Shown: positions 25,881-37,857, numbered from the whole stretch's first letter. The stretch: 63,188 nt of DNA, filler included, from Neolecta irregularis DAH-3 (GCA_001929475.1; 10 parts of 10 records of this genome joined end to end with filler, not necessarily neighbours in it), one strand, 5' to 3'. Made by a program: numbers and translations. Notes: a model not told the origin generated them from the sequence alone.

Positions 25881-26134
25881 CAGCTTCACGCTATAACAGA
25901 GAATAATAGAATCGTGTCTTTCTTTGAAATTTGAATACTGTCTTATTTCGCAATATTTTATTACAAGTTGGCAGAGCAGATATTAACTTACAAGTGAAAT
26001 GACATTATCCTATTTTACAATTCCTGGGACAAACCCTCAGAGAAATAGGGTATCCAAAGTTACTATAACCATGACCTCAGCGTCGCTGAAAACAATCTCC
26101 CAATATACTCACTATAAATGTCAGTGGTCGGAAT

Positions 26135-26284
26135 CTATGCGCTTAGAAGTGCAATAAGACTGAGTGTTATAACTAGCCTAAGTATTCGTACTTGGCTAGG
26201 AATATTTAACTTCTGCTTTATATACTTCCCGTCAAGCCACCTTGCCGTATTTGTAGGATATACCCAAAGGGTATATATATCCTT
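26135..26284. repeat. Dispersed ~150-bp hairpin-rich repeat, copy 2
   Basis: Aligns with 4704-4850; partial third copy at 38073-38116. Confidence 0.9.
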
Positions 26285-26779
26285 ACCGTGACCTTGCCCA
26301 TTGAGGGCAATCACAGGCCTTGCCACCAGATAAGTAAGAGGGGTGGCAAACAGAGGTAGAGAACGAGCACATGTCTGTTTATGTTATAAGTAGCACCTGG
26401 CCTGGTTAGCAGACACGAATCTGCTATTTAACCCAAGTCTACCCGAGCACCCAGTCAGGGCACTAGAAGAAAAACTGAGGTTATTTTGTTGTTGCACGAC
26501 GCACGTGTCAAATCCGAATTTCATGAAATTCTCGCTAAATTATATCGAATGACCGCCAAACGCACCCTAAGTACAGACTCTTGGAATAGCTTCAGCAATC
26601 ATTTTATTGGTAATCACAATGTTTTTGGGAAAGATTCACTCTACAACTGAATCATTGCATTTTTTTGGCTCCTAGGACATTGCGACTCAAGTTACTCAGA
26701 CCATCAGCAGCTTGGTGAAGTCGTCCGATTTTGCAGTTGACAAGTTGTCGTCAACGTTGACATTGCAACCTATGACAAA

Positions 26780-27840
26780 TTAATATGGATGTACTTCAAA
26801 GATGGGCGAATTACCCTTCGCAGGTTCTAGATCTGTTGTCACATGAGACTCAATAAATTGGATTGCTTTCAACAGATAATTATCATAAAACTTGTCGGTC
26901 TCCTCCCAGTCAAAATCATGCTCAGCTCCTGGTACTTCAACGAACACGTGCTCAGCCCCGGAGTTTATGAGGCTAGAAACAAAAGTTTTTGACTCACTTA
27001 CTGGGACAATGGTATCAGCGCTTCCGTGCATAACGAAAGTCGGAGGATAAGATGCATCGATAATCTTCGTCGGAACCAGATTGTCGTACTTCACTCCAAC
27101 CTTGTTACCAAACAGGGTTTTAGTGTAAATCCCCTTCTCTAGAAACGTAACGCAACTAAACAACCGATTTTGCTTTGTGTAGTCCATACTATCAAGCGGG
27201 CTACAAGCAATCGGCTTGCTTTCCTTGAAGAAATCATAATAACTTTCAGGATCGACAGACGGTAACTTGTATACGTAACCGAGGGAGCCTGGCTCTGAGT
27301 AGCGCGGTGAAGTCACATCAAACATGCCATAGAATGCGACAACAGCTTTAGGACGTGGAACTACCTGAGCAGCAGTAATGGCCGCGAGATAACCACATGA
27401 AAAATCAGTTTGTGAAGGAAGATAGTATTATACCAGCACTTGAACCAACAGTGAACAAGTTCTCCGGAGCTATAGACCCTAGTCCGAGCTCAGAAAGCTT
27501 GCAATTCAGGCAGGTTCGAATCCAAGCTACGGCATCTTGAGCATCTTGCAAGATATCAAAGCCATCAACCTCGGGGAGGAGCCGGTAATCAGCAGAAACA
27601 AACACAAATCCCCTTGAAACGAGACCCTCCATGAACCATGAACAAAATGGCGAGTTACGGGATCCAGTGATCCAATAGATCAGCGATTATTCAATAGAAT
27701 GTCTGAAGAGTTACCAAGAATCCCTCGTGGAAGAAAAGGACCACTGGGCGAGGTCCCTGTGGTGCACCATTTGGAGTGTATATGTCAAGGTAGATATCCA
27801 GATTCTCGATAGACTTGTAGACAAACGTTTGAGGTTGCAT
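26780..27840 (-). CDS. Alpha/beta-hydrolase (HSL-like esterase/lipase), multi-exon
   Basis: LDIYTP..PVVLFFHEGFL, VSADYRLLPE, nucleophile GSSAG, HGSADTIVP (Asp), GAEHDFD (His). Confidence 0.88.
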
Positions 27841-28874
27841 AACATAACACATGGTCATATAATTCCTCTGAAAATGTTGAGATATACCTCTGCAGGAAAT
27901 ATACGGGGTTCTTGAAGAATGACGATAGGCCAGCTTGGATTTGGTCCAATCGAGTAGACTCTGGACAAGTATTGGCTAAACACGACCCTGCCTTGCTAAC
28001 GTGTGCACTGGCATTAAACACGAAACAAGGATTGGTCATGATTAGATCAACTTAGGTCAACCCACCGGCAGCATGATTGATTATCTCCATTTGAGAATTC
28101 GGTATTACAAAATCTGAGAAATTATGACTGAAACAGGTGGTGTGTAGCCCCCATTCGTCTAGTGTGAAAAAAGGACACTGTTCATTGGAGAAAATCGTTT
28201 ATGTAGTCCCTTGCCATTTAACTCTCTTCAGCGCATTCTTCTTTCAATCGCTCTCTTGAGACTTCCAACACAGGCTTCAATGGCGACGACTGAAACTATT
28301 TCAATGTCTAGATGGAGCAAATATAATAGGAATATCGGTTACTAGGGGCTTCATTCCACGTGTGGCTTCCTTTGACATTTTGAAGCAGGGCTCGTTCATG
28401 AGAAAAATCATTCAGATCGATGTGGCCAGGATATTGAGCCGCATTTTGAAAACAAGAACCACTTGACGGAATCAAAAATAGAAAAAAGTCTGTAAAACAG
28501 GCTCTTGATGTCACAACGAGTTTAGACCATCTTCTAGTGTCAGTAATCTCAATGAGAAATCGGTCAATAAGTATTGCTTACCATTCAATCCCTTCCACCC
28601 AAAAGGAATATATCTGTTCGATCAAGTCCTTTTGATGAATTTTCTGCGTATTCATCTGACGTCAAATCACATTCAAGCTGACATGCTAGGTAATTTAGAG
28701 TCCATAGAGCGATATATACTTTTAATAATCTTTGTATTAGGAGGTGTGTTCAGTATAATATATGACCGACAGTAAATATATTTTTCATCAAAGAGATATT
28801 AATGCATCTGTAATCAAAAGCCTGAATTGAAATGCATTCAAGCACTTGCTGCAAGACTAGCATCACGGATACTA

Positions 28875-29514
28875 CAGGGATAGCAACCAGACTTGCTAAT
28901 AAGTGAAACTTTCAAGTAGAATTTGCTTGCTTACTTGCTTTGTACACCAGGAAGGATTAGTATGCCAGCCGCCTGCTGGAAAAATATGGTTGTATGGGGG
29001 TTTGGTAGTTTCTTCATGTGATGCTTCTTCGGAGGTCCCCTTTTGATTTTCTTGTATTGAATTTGTTGCAGATCATTAGTTTCGCCTTTAAATTTTGATC
29101 CCGATAGTGTTTGTTTCGTTTGAATACGTTGGTTGGTTGTTCAACTGTGAATTGATTTGCAATTTGTTCAAAGTTACACTCGCAAGATTTGTCACAGATC
29201 ACGTGAGATAGTGATCAGGATGATACGCCATGAATTTTGTATGTGCAGCATACTTCACCAATGAAAGAAATGACCAGATAGAAATCATCCTATGCTAGCA
29301 ATTTTGCTTATTTAGTGAATATTGTATTGCACCTATCCTAATTGTCAAAAAGACGTTTTGACATGCCCGCCCTCCGGCGGGGTCGGGCGGGCTGGTGGAC
29401 ACACTGTCAAAATATTTATCAAGCAAGTCCAGACAAGCAAGTCCAAGTTTGCAAGTAAAATAGCAAGCAAGTCCAAGCAAGCAAGTCCAAAGGCCTGAAA
29501 TATGCAAGCAAGCA
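28875..29514. mobile_element. Nested non-autonomous hAT-like elements (GCAAG subterminal repeats; inner right TIR TGGACACACTG at 29396-29406)
   Basis: cttgc repeats at 28890-28940 are inverted relative to gcaag repeats at 29421-29514; internal segment shared with 30080-30305. Confidence 0.6.
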
Positions 29515-29793
29515 NNNNNNNNNNNNNNNNNNNNNNNNNNNNNNNNNNNNNNNNNNNNTTAATTAATTAANNNNNNNNNNNNNNNNNNNNNNNNNNNNNN
29601 NNNNNNNNNNNNNNCTTCATCCCGGCCGTGCCTGCACCCACTCGCCGCCCTGTCAAAACTCGCCTCGCTTAACCCAGCTTCATTTGGAAGTATGGCTACC
29701 ATATTCAGCAGTGAATGGGGAACAAGAAAGTCTGTGTTCTATGCAAGTGGTGTCATCAACATAGGTGTAAGGTGGCAAGACTGCAGCTACAAT

Positions 29794-30450
29794 CAGTGTG
29801 TCCATCAATCAATCAATCCCAATCCAAGGCCCTTTGATTAATTGATTGAATAAATTTTAGCTCTGGATTGATTGATTGAATAATTTTCAACTTTGGATTG
29901 ATTGATTGAAGGTTTCATCAATCCGATTAAATTTTGACTTTAAATCCGATTTTTGCATCTTCCAGCTCTCTAATCTCAACGATTTTTGTACCACTGGAAA
30001 GCCCTCATCAAGGCGCATCTGCTCGTAGAAAGTATATTTTCCTATGATGTGGTTTGAATACTAAGTCTTATGTGTGCTTCCCTACAGGTAACCCTTTGAC
30101 TTTCTTGAATCAAGTTTTTTGGTTAACCATTAGTTTCACCTTTAATTTCTGACCTTGATAGTTGTTATTTCATTTGAAACCGTTGGTTGGTTGTATAACT
30201 GTAGATTGATTTCCATTTGCTTGATGTTCTGCTCGCAAGATTGGTGACGGTCACGTGATACTTTGATCCGATTGTCATAAAATTGTGAGCGTGTGCAACA
30301 TACTTATATTAAATAACCCTGCATGTTCTGACAAGTTATGATATCTGAGAAAGTGGGAATCTTAACCCAATATGCTATTTAAATCAGTCTTGGGGACAGG
30401 TCATGGGCTAGCTATATCATATAAAAGTGAATAGAATCAATCAATGTTTA
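29794..30450. mobile_element. Non-autonomous hAT-like element with left TIR CAGTGTGTCCA and GATT/AATC subterminal repeats
   Basis: Begins CAGTGTGTCCA, the exact reverse complement of 29396-29406; ggattgattgattgaa repeats; internal homology to 29030-29260. Confidence 0.6.
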
Positions 30451-30579
30451 TATACAAAATAGCTTGATGTTTTTAATCGTAGCCCAATATCTCCTGCAGG
30501 ACTCGGTGAAAATAACTTGAGTAATTATGAAATCAAATGTGAACAACACTCATTGAAAAAAACCTCATGCACTGCTGGG

Positions 30580-31200
30580 AAACCAAGAGAGGCAGGAGGG
30601 ACAGGAGAGGAGGCATGAGCGGGTCGGAGAGGGAGACAGGCGGTCTCGAAGGGAGAGCTGACAGGCAGGACAGGAGAGGCGGGCGAGACGGGCAGGCAGG
30701 ATGAGTGGGCAGGACGGGAGACGGGACGGAAAGGCGGGTGGGTGGGACAGACGCTAGAGGCGGGCGGGACGGACGGGTTGGGGGAGAGGGACGGGACGGG
30801 GGGCATTTTCATGGTGTTAGAAGTTGGCCAGTGGCGGCAGAGGCTGATGATATGTTGCAGGGGGTTTGCAGAAAGAATGCACGGATCATGCCCATCTAGG
30901 TGCCCGGTGAGTTTGCAGGGGGAATTGATGAAAGGGCAGAGGGGCCAGAGGAGTGGGTGTGGCGGGATCGGTGGGCAGGGTGGTGACAGGCATTGGAGTG
31001 AGAGGAAGTGAGCGGGTGAGGGCAAGGGAGCCCAGGTATTCTGCAAAAGTCCCGCCCGCCTCTCTCCCCGTCTCTCCCATCCCACCTTGCTCTCCGGCCG
31101 CCTCGCTCTCCCGCCCATCCCGCCGTCCTTGCTCTCTCCCCCATCCCTCCCGCTTCGCACGCCAGCCCGCCCGTCTCGAAAGTCTCCATACCCGTCTGAG
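30580..31200. repeat. GC-rich purine/pyrimidine-skewed repeat with inverted arms (transposon-derived?)
   Basis: G/A-rich arm (gagacgggcaggcagg...) at 30585-30805 and C/T-rich arm (cccgcccgcctctctccccg...) at 31051-31200; similar tracts at 16748-16840 and 60161-60200. Confidence 0.5.
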
Positions 31201-31420
31201 ACTTGTAGTTAAGTGGAAGGCATAAAATTGGATTTATCCGAAGAAGTATTTAAGGGCATGTTGCGCAATATTATTTTTCTTCAACTAGTGCCTTGTAGTC
31301 GAGTCGCAACAAAAGTCTCCNNNNNNNNNNNNNNNNNNNNNNNNNNNNNNNNNNNNNNNNNNNNTTAATTAATTAANNNNNNNNNNNNNNNNNNNNNNNN
31401 NNNNNNNNNNNNNNNNNNNN

Positions 31421-34400
31421 GTTGGGGAACTTAGGGAAATTTTTGTATTTAGAGTGTGCTTGGTGGAAAAAGGACATTCCATTGGTTCTGGCGAAAATCG
31501 ATGGTAAGGTTACCTCAGGATATATGAAGGGGAAGAACATTTCCCTTCTGTGAAGATAATAAAAGTTCCATTTGTTACACATAAAACTTTGCCGGTATAC
31601 TCTGTTAGCTTGAGTCAGTAGATTTTGAGGTCCCTTTTTTACATCTGTGTATTCTGGGTTGAGCTTGGTCTATTGGGTCACTGTTAACTGTTGGGATTTA
31701 GGACTGCCTAGGAAAGGACCCTTTGTTATATATCCATTGCCATAGAATATACTCTTTGGAGTCCTATCTATTGATCAACAGTTACCAATACCTCCTTTGT
31801 ATATTGGTTGAACTGATTGTGTGATTTGAAATAGGTTTTTTGGAATTTGGAAGTTAGTTATATAGGTTTAGTTAGATTATACCAGTAGATCTAGAGTTGC
31901 CAAAGTTACATCTGTACATTTTGGTTGAACCAGACTTCTTGGTTAATTGTTATATGTTGGGATTGAGGGCTGTCTAAGAAAAGTCCCTCTGCTTTCTTAC
32001 TGTGGAAGCTGAACCCGTCAGAATCGAATTCTTGCTCAACTTTTGTCAGTTTTTCTTAGTTAAGAAAAGAAAGACCAGAATTTTACTTGTGGCATTAGTA
32101 TCAGGAATCGACCATTGTATCAAGTTTACCTGAGGTTTATTGGAACAATCCCTATTATACTGAGTTCAGTAAGTTTTGGTAACTTCTCATAACTCGGTTA
32201 GTCATTATATTGCATCTGAGTTATCTCGCCTACAACAGTCAGTACAACTTCAGGTGATAAGCCTTTTAGATGCATCTAGTGTGATACTCTAGACCACTCC
32301 TGCAACAACTGCCCAGACTTCCAGGCAGTTTTGAAGTATGGCATAGTTCATATTAACAAGGATAAGAAACTTGAAACTAGAGAGGGCCAGGTTATCCCTC
32401 TCTACTTTGGTCATGGTGGGCAGAAGTCCCACCCACTACTAACTTTGACCCTTAATTCCCAAATGATTAAGCTTGGGCCTATTGCCTCTGAATATGACAT
32501 TATTGAAGAAACAATTGTGGATGTGAATACCACCTCTCCACATAAAGAGAAACACTGGTGGCAGATTCCAGATACTGCTGCCCCAGGTAAGCTGGACAAG
32601 CCAGCTCCTCAATGGATTGTTAAGCTGGCCCCAGTTTCAAATGTTGATATCTCCCCAGGACTAATCAAGCAACTCGAGGATACCCCCTTTGTGACTACTG
32701 TGAGTACTATCCTAGGGATGTCTCCATCTGCACATACTGCCTTCAGTAGAGAATTGAAGTCTTCATGAACCCCCACAACACATCTTGTGGATTTAATTGG
32801 ACAGGAGATAGCTACTCTGACTGCAGAAGATATGGACCTCACTGCCGAAGATCTCCAGGAAATACAGACCCTCATTATTCCATTTGGTGGGGGCAGACTG
32901 GCCAGGCAATATGGCCCACTTACCCTTTTATCCTCTCATATTGGATTGGAGGAAGATAAAGAGCTGGGTCAACTACAGACCCAGCCCCTGCATTTCTCGG
33001 TTAAGTCCTCTACTATACAGGTCTTAATAAATGATACCCTAGTTACTGCACTTTTAGACAATAGCTCCAAAATTTGCATCATCTCCATGAAACTCGTCAA
33101 GGACCTCAGGCTGATGATGGATGATACCTTGAACCTAAATATGAGCATCTCCAATGGCTGAAGTTCAAAAATTCTTTGAGTATGTGTCCATGTACTTGTA
33201 CAGATGGGTAGCTTCATGATCCCAGTGCACATGGAGGTTATTGCAGACATGTCATATAACTTGTTGTTGGGCAAGTCTTATATTGCGTGTGGTAAACTAG
33301 GGTTCAATACTGATGGCTTGGGGAAGACTTGGGTGCGAATTTACTCATTGGATGAGAAGCAGAGAGTGGTATTGTTAGGTGCCATGGCAACAGTTGTGTA
33401 GATCTTGAAGACAGAGTTCTTGCTTGCTCCTCTTACTTTGACTTGTCTTGGGATAGATCCCCACCAACCTTCAATACTAGTACCCTTTATAAGAAGGTTG
33501 ATTGGAAAGTCAAGCCTGTCAACCAAGCCTATACCCATGGAGAAAAGCCAGAAACCTCCAATGCTACCACTGCCCAGACCCGTAACAAAGGACTTGAAAT
33601 AAAAACTATTGATATCAGTAATGGAAACTTGAGGCCAGAAGAGATAGACTTATATAAATATGTGCTAGCCGAATTCCAAGATTCTCTTGCCTTTGTTGAA
33701 GCCAATAAAGAAAAACTCAGCCCCCATATTGAAGTACCCATGAAGATTAACACTGTACCTCATGAACCCTGGCAATCTATCGATTACCTGATGAATAGAA
33801 TGAAACAATGAGCTGCTATCAAAATACTTAAGGATCGCCTCACAAACAGGCTCATGGAATACTCATATGGACCTTATTGAAATACCTGGTTTCTGGTAGA
33901 AAAGAAAGAGAAGGGCAAATACAGGTTAATAATAGACTGCCAGCCACTGAACTGGGTTACTATCAAGGATGCATTTCAACCCCCCTTGGTAGACCTTATT
34001 TCAAATGAATTCACTGGGATGCCTATGAATAAAGGCAAGTACTATATTGTGGTTGCACGTGACTACCTAACAGGGTGGGTGGAGGCAAGAGCATTGGCTA
34101 AGATAAATGCAGATGCAGTGGGCAAGTTCCTCTATGAGGAGGTTATATGTCGATTTGGCTGTCCAGAGAGGTTGGTAGTTGATGGGGGTCCTGAATATAA
34201 AGGACTTGTACACAAAATCTGTGAAAAGTACAAGGTAAGGGTTAGTGAGATTAGTCCTTACCACCCACAATCCAATGGAATGGTTGAGCAGGGGCATAAG
34301 TCTATTGTAGATGGGCTTGCCAAGATAGAAGGTAGCTGGGTAGAAAACTTGGCCACAGTGTTGTGGGGGGATAGGATGATGCCCAGGAAGACAACTGGCT

Positions 34401-35480
34401 ACTTTCCATACTTCCTTATGATGGGCAGGCATTGCCGAAATACTGTAGATGCCAAATTTGAAGAAAAAGAGTTGAAGGAGGTAGAAGATGCTCTAGAAGA
34501 GAGATTGACATCTTTAAATAATAATTTAGATTATATAGAAAATGTGGCAGAGAGCTTGAAAATAAGCTGTGAGAAAAATAAGGATTGGTTTGACAAGGCA
34601 AACAAAAGAAAAATGAGAAAAGAAGCCTTGGGAGATGGGGACTTGGTGTTGGTCTATGAGTCATGGTTGGACAAGCAATGGTCCAATAAGCTCAGTTTCA
34701 GATGAAAAGGACCATACATCATCACAATGGTAAACAGAAATGGGTCATATAGACTGTTTGATGAGCATGGGCATCTGATACTGAAGACCTTTGCTGGGGA
34801 TCAGCTAAAGAAATATGTTAAGAGGTCCTCAGTATTGAGGTCTGAAGTTTCAGTTTTCATGGTTAATCGAGTGCTCCTCACATAGGAGGGGAAGTGTGTG
34901 GTATGATAGGGGGAGGAGGGTATATAAATTATGTATAATAAATAGAGAAAGAGAAGGGATTAATAGAGGAGTTTCAGAACTGCTGGACCTATACTACTAA
35001 TCACTAGCAAAATACTCAGTAGAGAAAGGGGACATAGGTACCTTTCAGTATGACAATAAAAGTTTCTCTTTACTATACTTAAAATTTGCTTGAGTACTCA
35101 GTTGGTCTGCATCTATAGAGATTGAGGTCCTGATCTTACATCCATGTATTATTGGTTGAGATCTCCTATAGGGTCATTGTAACTGTTGGGATTGAGGGTG
35201 CCTAGGAAAAGACCCTCACTGATATACATCTAAGACTTGAGATTATACTCAGTGGCAGTATAGCAGTTGATCTATAGTGACTATTGTTACTTAAGTGTAT
35301 CTGGTTGTGGTATTTCTCTTGTAACTCCCTGAAAGATACATCAATAGTCTGAGATTATACTTGGGTGGCTGGTCCTAGTAGATAAAGAGTTACTTCTATT
35401 GCTGCAAAGTGATATTAGTTGAACCTATCTATCTAGCTACTAACACATGCAGAGAATTCGTTGCCCTAAGACTGGGATAA
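31421..35480 (+). mobile_element. Degenerate Ty3/Gypsy LTR retrotransposon with internal RT/RNase H deletion
   Basis: gag-like fragments, protease ALLDNSSKICII, RT N-terminus (NTWFLVEKKEKGKYRLIIDCQPLN), integrase core (VARDYLTGWVEARAL, VDGGPEYKG, PYHPQSNGMVE), PPT AGGGGGAGGAGGG ~34908-34920, LTR-like homology 31637-31745 vs 35135-35230. Confidence 0.9.
33986..34830 (+). pseudogene. Gypsy integrase (rve core + GPY/F region) pseudogene
   Basis: DDE core motifs present; in-frame stop in FR*KGPY at 34703-34705. Confidence 0.85.
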
Positions 35481-35625
35481 CTATACTGATGTTCCCTGGT
35501 CAGAGGATTATTCCTTTGAAATTAAGTGATGTTAAAGAGAAGGATTACTAACTGTGATAGTCAGTGAGCACAGAAGCTCCACATATCATCACTAATCAGC
35601 TTCCACCAAGAGGAGCTGGTTACAC

Positions 35626-35820
35626 CATTGCTTCTGTTGCTCCTGTTCCACCCATTGCTCCCACCCCTCCTGTTGCTCCCATCCTACCCATCACTCCTGT
35701 CTCTCCCATTCCTCCCATTCCTCCCATTCCTCCCACTTCTCCAGTTCCTCCCATTCTGCCCGCCTCTCCCATCCTGCCCATCCCTCCTGCCTCTCCCATC
35801 CCACCCGTCCCTCCCAGTAC
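35626..35820. repeat. Degenerate 9-nt tandem repeat (CCTCCCATT-like)
   Basis: cctcccattcctcccattcctcccact... over ~200 bp. Confidence 0.75.
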
Positions 35821-36017
35821 ATGACCAGGGTGAGTAGCACATTGGCAACCACAAAGGTGACACTGCACCAGGTGGCCACTGAAGAGTACAGCCATGGGTT
35901 CGCAGGCAGCTGGTAGTGGGCAGCCAGTGTCCACAGCAGCACTCCCATTGGTATCAACTACATCTACTTCCACATCCTGTTTATAAACAGATTTATGTTA
36001 CAAATAATTATCAATGG

Positions 36018-36686
36018 TTAGAGTGAATCATGACCAGAACCCTCCCAGCCTAATAAGATATAACAGAACTGCAAATTGAATGTGCATATACTAAGTACAT
36101 TATGAGAAATATCACCTTTTCTATTGCAGAAACAGCCCATCTTATCTGTAGGTACCTTTGCTAAAATATGAGTTCCATCTGCAGTGCCAATGCAGTTTTG
36201 AAAAAAAGGATAGAATTTCATATTGCTACTAATCTGCCATGGTATGATATGGGGATTAGGCAGAGTTATAACTTCTGGATATAGTTGGAGAAGACCTTTA
36301 ATAACTTGTAAGAAATATTTCGAAATAGTAGATCCACTGCACTGGAATCTCTCCTGTATATCTCGATTGGAATTTGCATGGCCCACAATTATTAAGAAGA
36401 TCCTGAGTTGTTCATCAACACCAATTCACTTCTGCTGCTTTAGCACTCTGTTCTCTACCATCCAGTTTCTTAGTTCAATAAAGACATGTCTTTCCATCCA
36501 CAATACCTCCTCTACTCTTCTTGGATTTTGTCCTGGCTGTAGGAGCTCTGCCATATACTTTGTTCCTGTGAATGAAGAGGTCCAACAAGGTTGATTCTTA
36601 GTAGTACTATTGTAGTAGTAGTTGATAATATTGCTGAATTGTTCATGTTCTTGAATAAGAGATGCACAAATCTCTTCAGCATTCAT
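36018..36686 (-). mobile_element. PIF/Harbinger (HARBI1-like DDE) transposase relic
   Basis: IQERFQCSGSTISKYF, FYPFFQNCIGTADGTHI, NRKGDISHNVL, FCYILLGWEGSGHDS; interrupted at ~36390-36426 and truncated after HDS. Confidence 0.85.
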
Positions 36687-37067
36687 ATGGGCAAGGATGA
36701 TAGATATAATTGCAGAAGGAGCAGCAGGAGCCTACTGGCTGCATACCCTCCCCCATTCACTTCAGCCTTGCATGCCTTTCTCACACCTCACCAGTCTCTC
36801 ACACCTCAGGCTCCTGCCTCACCCATGTTCTGCACCTCATCTTTCCCCGAAACCAAGACACCTAATGGAGAAACATGATTGCTACTTATGGATGGAGATG
36901 ACAGTCATACCAACATTGATTTCACATGGATTTGCAAGCAGAATCGTGTTTATGTTCTCTTTTTACCNNNNNNNNNNNNNNNNNNNNNNNNNNNNNNNNN
37001 NNNNNNNNNNNTTAATTAATTAANNNNNNNNNNNNNNNNNNNNNNNNNNNNNNNNNNNNNNNNNNNN

Positions 37068-37857
37068 GTTTCCAGGCAAGACAAGGGCTTCGCCAAGAAA
37101 CTCCGAATTGATCAAGTCCATGTCAAACTCTGCATTACCAAGGTTTGATAAGCGCTTCTCGATCCGATTCCATAGTTTTTCAGAAGGCTCGGCAACGAAC
37201 ATGGCTGATGTGAGAAAAGTGTCACTGAGCCAGTTTGCCCTAGGTAAAGCCAGATCTACCGACGGCAAGTAAAACAAGTGATCCAAATTCTTTTGAACTA
37301 GTATATCCGAGTCAAGTACGATTAGTCGGTCGAACTCGAAGAGTTTGAAAATTTGAAACTTGGTCATTACTTCTTTATATCTAAAGATCAGCTTCAATCT
37401 AATATGATTTGCCTCACTTATCCCATGCTCCAGGAGGAGGATCGAGAGTTGTGACTGTACGAACGTCTGCACCGAATTTATCTCTCGCTATCGTGGCATA
37501 TATTTCGGGAACTTTTTCAGTGACCAGCCAAACAAATGGCACTTTGGTCTTTAAACGGTTTTTCAAAATGTGCATGTTGACGAGTACGCTACAGGCGTAG
37601 CCATGTTCTGTAGCGTAAAATGCGTATGCGAGGTTCCGATCGGGCTTTTGTCCCGGCATCGAGGCCAAATGGATTTTAGGTGGAGCTTCGGCTATTGGAG
37701 GAACGATTACATTAGGAACGGCCAATTCAGGTATAATCGGCTCGTCAGAAAAGGGTTGATCTGGAGATTTATATCGAAACTGAAAGAACAGTGACCAGCA
37801 TCCTGCCAAAAGCAAAAGTGCAACCCCGCATAGGATGTGATTGAAGCGCTTGTTCAT
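37068..37857 (-). CDS. GNT1: GT8-family glycosyltransferase, Gnt1-like (type II membrane), 3' end lost in gap
   Basis: N-terminal TM, AYAFYATEHGYACSVLVN, TKFQIFKLFEFDRLIVLDSD (DxD), ALPRANWL, FDMDLIN. Confidence 0.82.

Noticed and set aside
26330-26391. ATAAGT motifs resembling the non-canonical 5' splice site used in some fungal TER 3' processing
   Set aside because: Hexamers occur by chance and neither is directly preceded by a convincing Sm site; not counted as evidence
30525-31225. Several overlapping Pro-rich or Gly-rich ORFs
   Set aside because: Artefacts of GC-rich low-complexity repeat DNA; no domain signal
35564-35973. Pro-rich and EW-rich ORFs in multiple frames
   Set aside because: Translation of a 9-nt tandem repeat between two transposon relics
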